In this document: positions 63,598 to 64,000 of the stretch, piece by piece
Numbering within the stretch: the first letter of the stretch is position 1
Layout: every line of letters begins with the position of its first letter
Assembly: GCF_009914755.1 (NCBI RefSeq)
Contig: NC_060934.1
Length of the DNA: 64,000 bases
Reading direction: 5' to 3' (one strand)
DNA from: the human T2T-CHM13v2.0 reference genome, Homo sapiens
Made by a program: the position numbers and the translations under genes
The notes under the pieces: generated by a model
Told to the model about the DNA's origin: nothing
The model's database searches: none
The model's input: only the letters and a program-made list of their open reading frames with translations

Positions 63598-64000
63598 TAG
63601 GGTTTTTCATAGTGACCCATTATCAGGGGATTAGGCAGTTCCCTTCTGTTCCTAGATTGCTGAGAGTTTTAATGAGGAACACATGTTGGATTTTGTGAAA
63701 TGCTTTATCTACATCCATTGAGATAATCATATGGTTTTTCACTTTTATTCTGTTAATTGGTATATTACATTGAATTTTTTTTAGCTTTAAATCCTTTGCA
63801 TTGCTGGTATAAACCCCACTTGTTCATGAGGTATAATTCTTTTTATGTGTTGTTGGATTCACCTTGCTAATATCTTTTTAAGGATTTTTGTGTGTGTGTG
63901 TATCTGTGTTTGTAAGGGATATTGGTTTGTTGCTTTATTTTCTGTGTCTCTGGTTGACTGTCATGATAATGTTGGCCTTATAAAATTTTGAAGTGTTCCC

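Overview
Human genomic DNA (two AluYa5 copies indicate human) covering the middle of BTRC (beta-TrCP1/FBXW1A, SCF E3 substrate receptor; 10q24, SHFM3 region) on the + strand. Ten coding exons were delimited by hand from GT-AG boundaries with consistent phases: exons 4-13 in 605-aa isoform numbering (recalled), spanning the D domain, F-box and WD40 repeats 1-6. The 42-kb intron 4 holds several repeat-free blocks rich in homeobox motifs, some also CpG-retaining, that look like conserved developmental enhancers. The rest is about 46 Alus plus L1, L2, MIR, MaLR LTR and Tigger fossils and microsatellites; repeat coordinates and subfamilies were assigned by eye. Nearly all ORF-track entries are Alu/L1 noise. 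I found no clearly new biological system. The best leads are: a 343-aa ORF that exists only if exons 7-13 circularise (I recall this being reported already); an inverted-Alu-bracketed exon 5 that could give a D-domain-only product; a candidate poison exon inside a conserved-looking block; a recursive-splice-type exon 11; a (TG)15-(CG)4-(TG)2-(CG)8 Z-DNA tract; and a 33-bp retro-insertion with target-site duplication.
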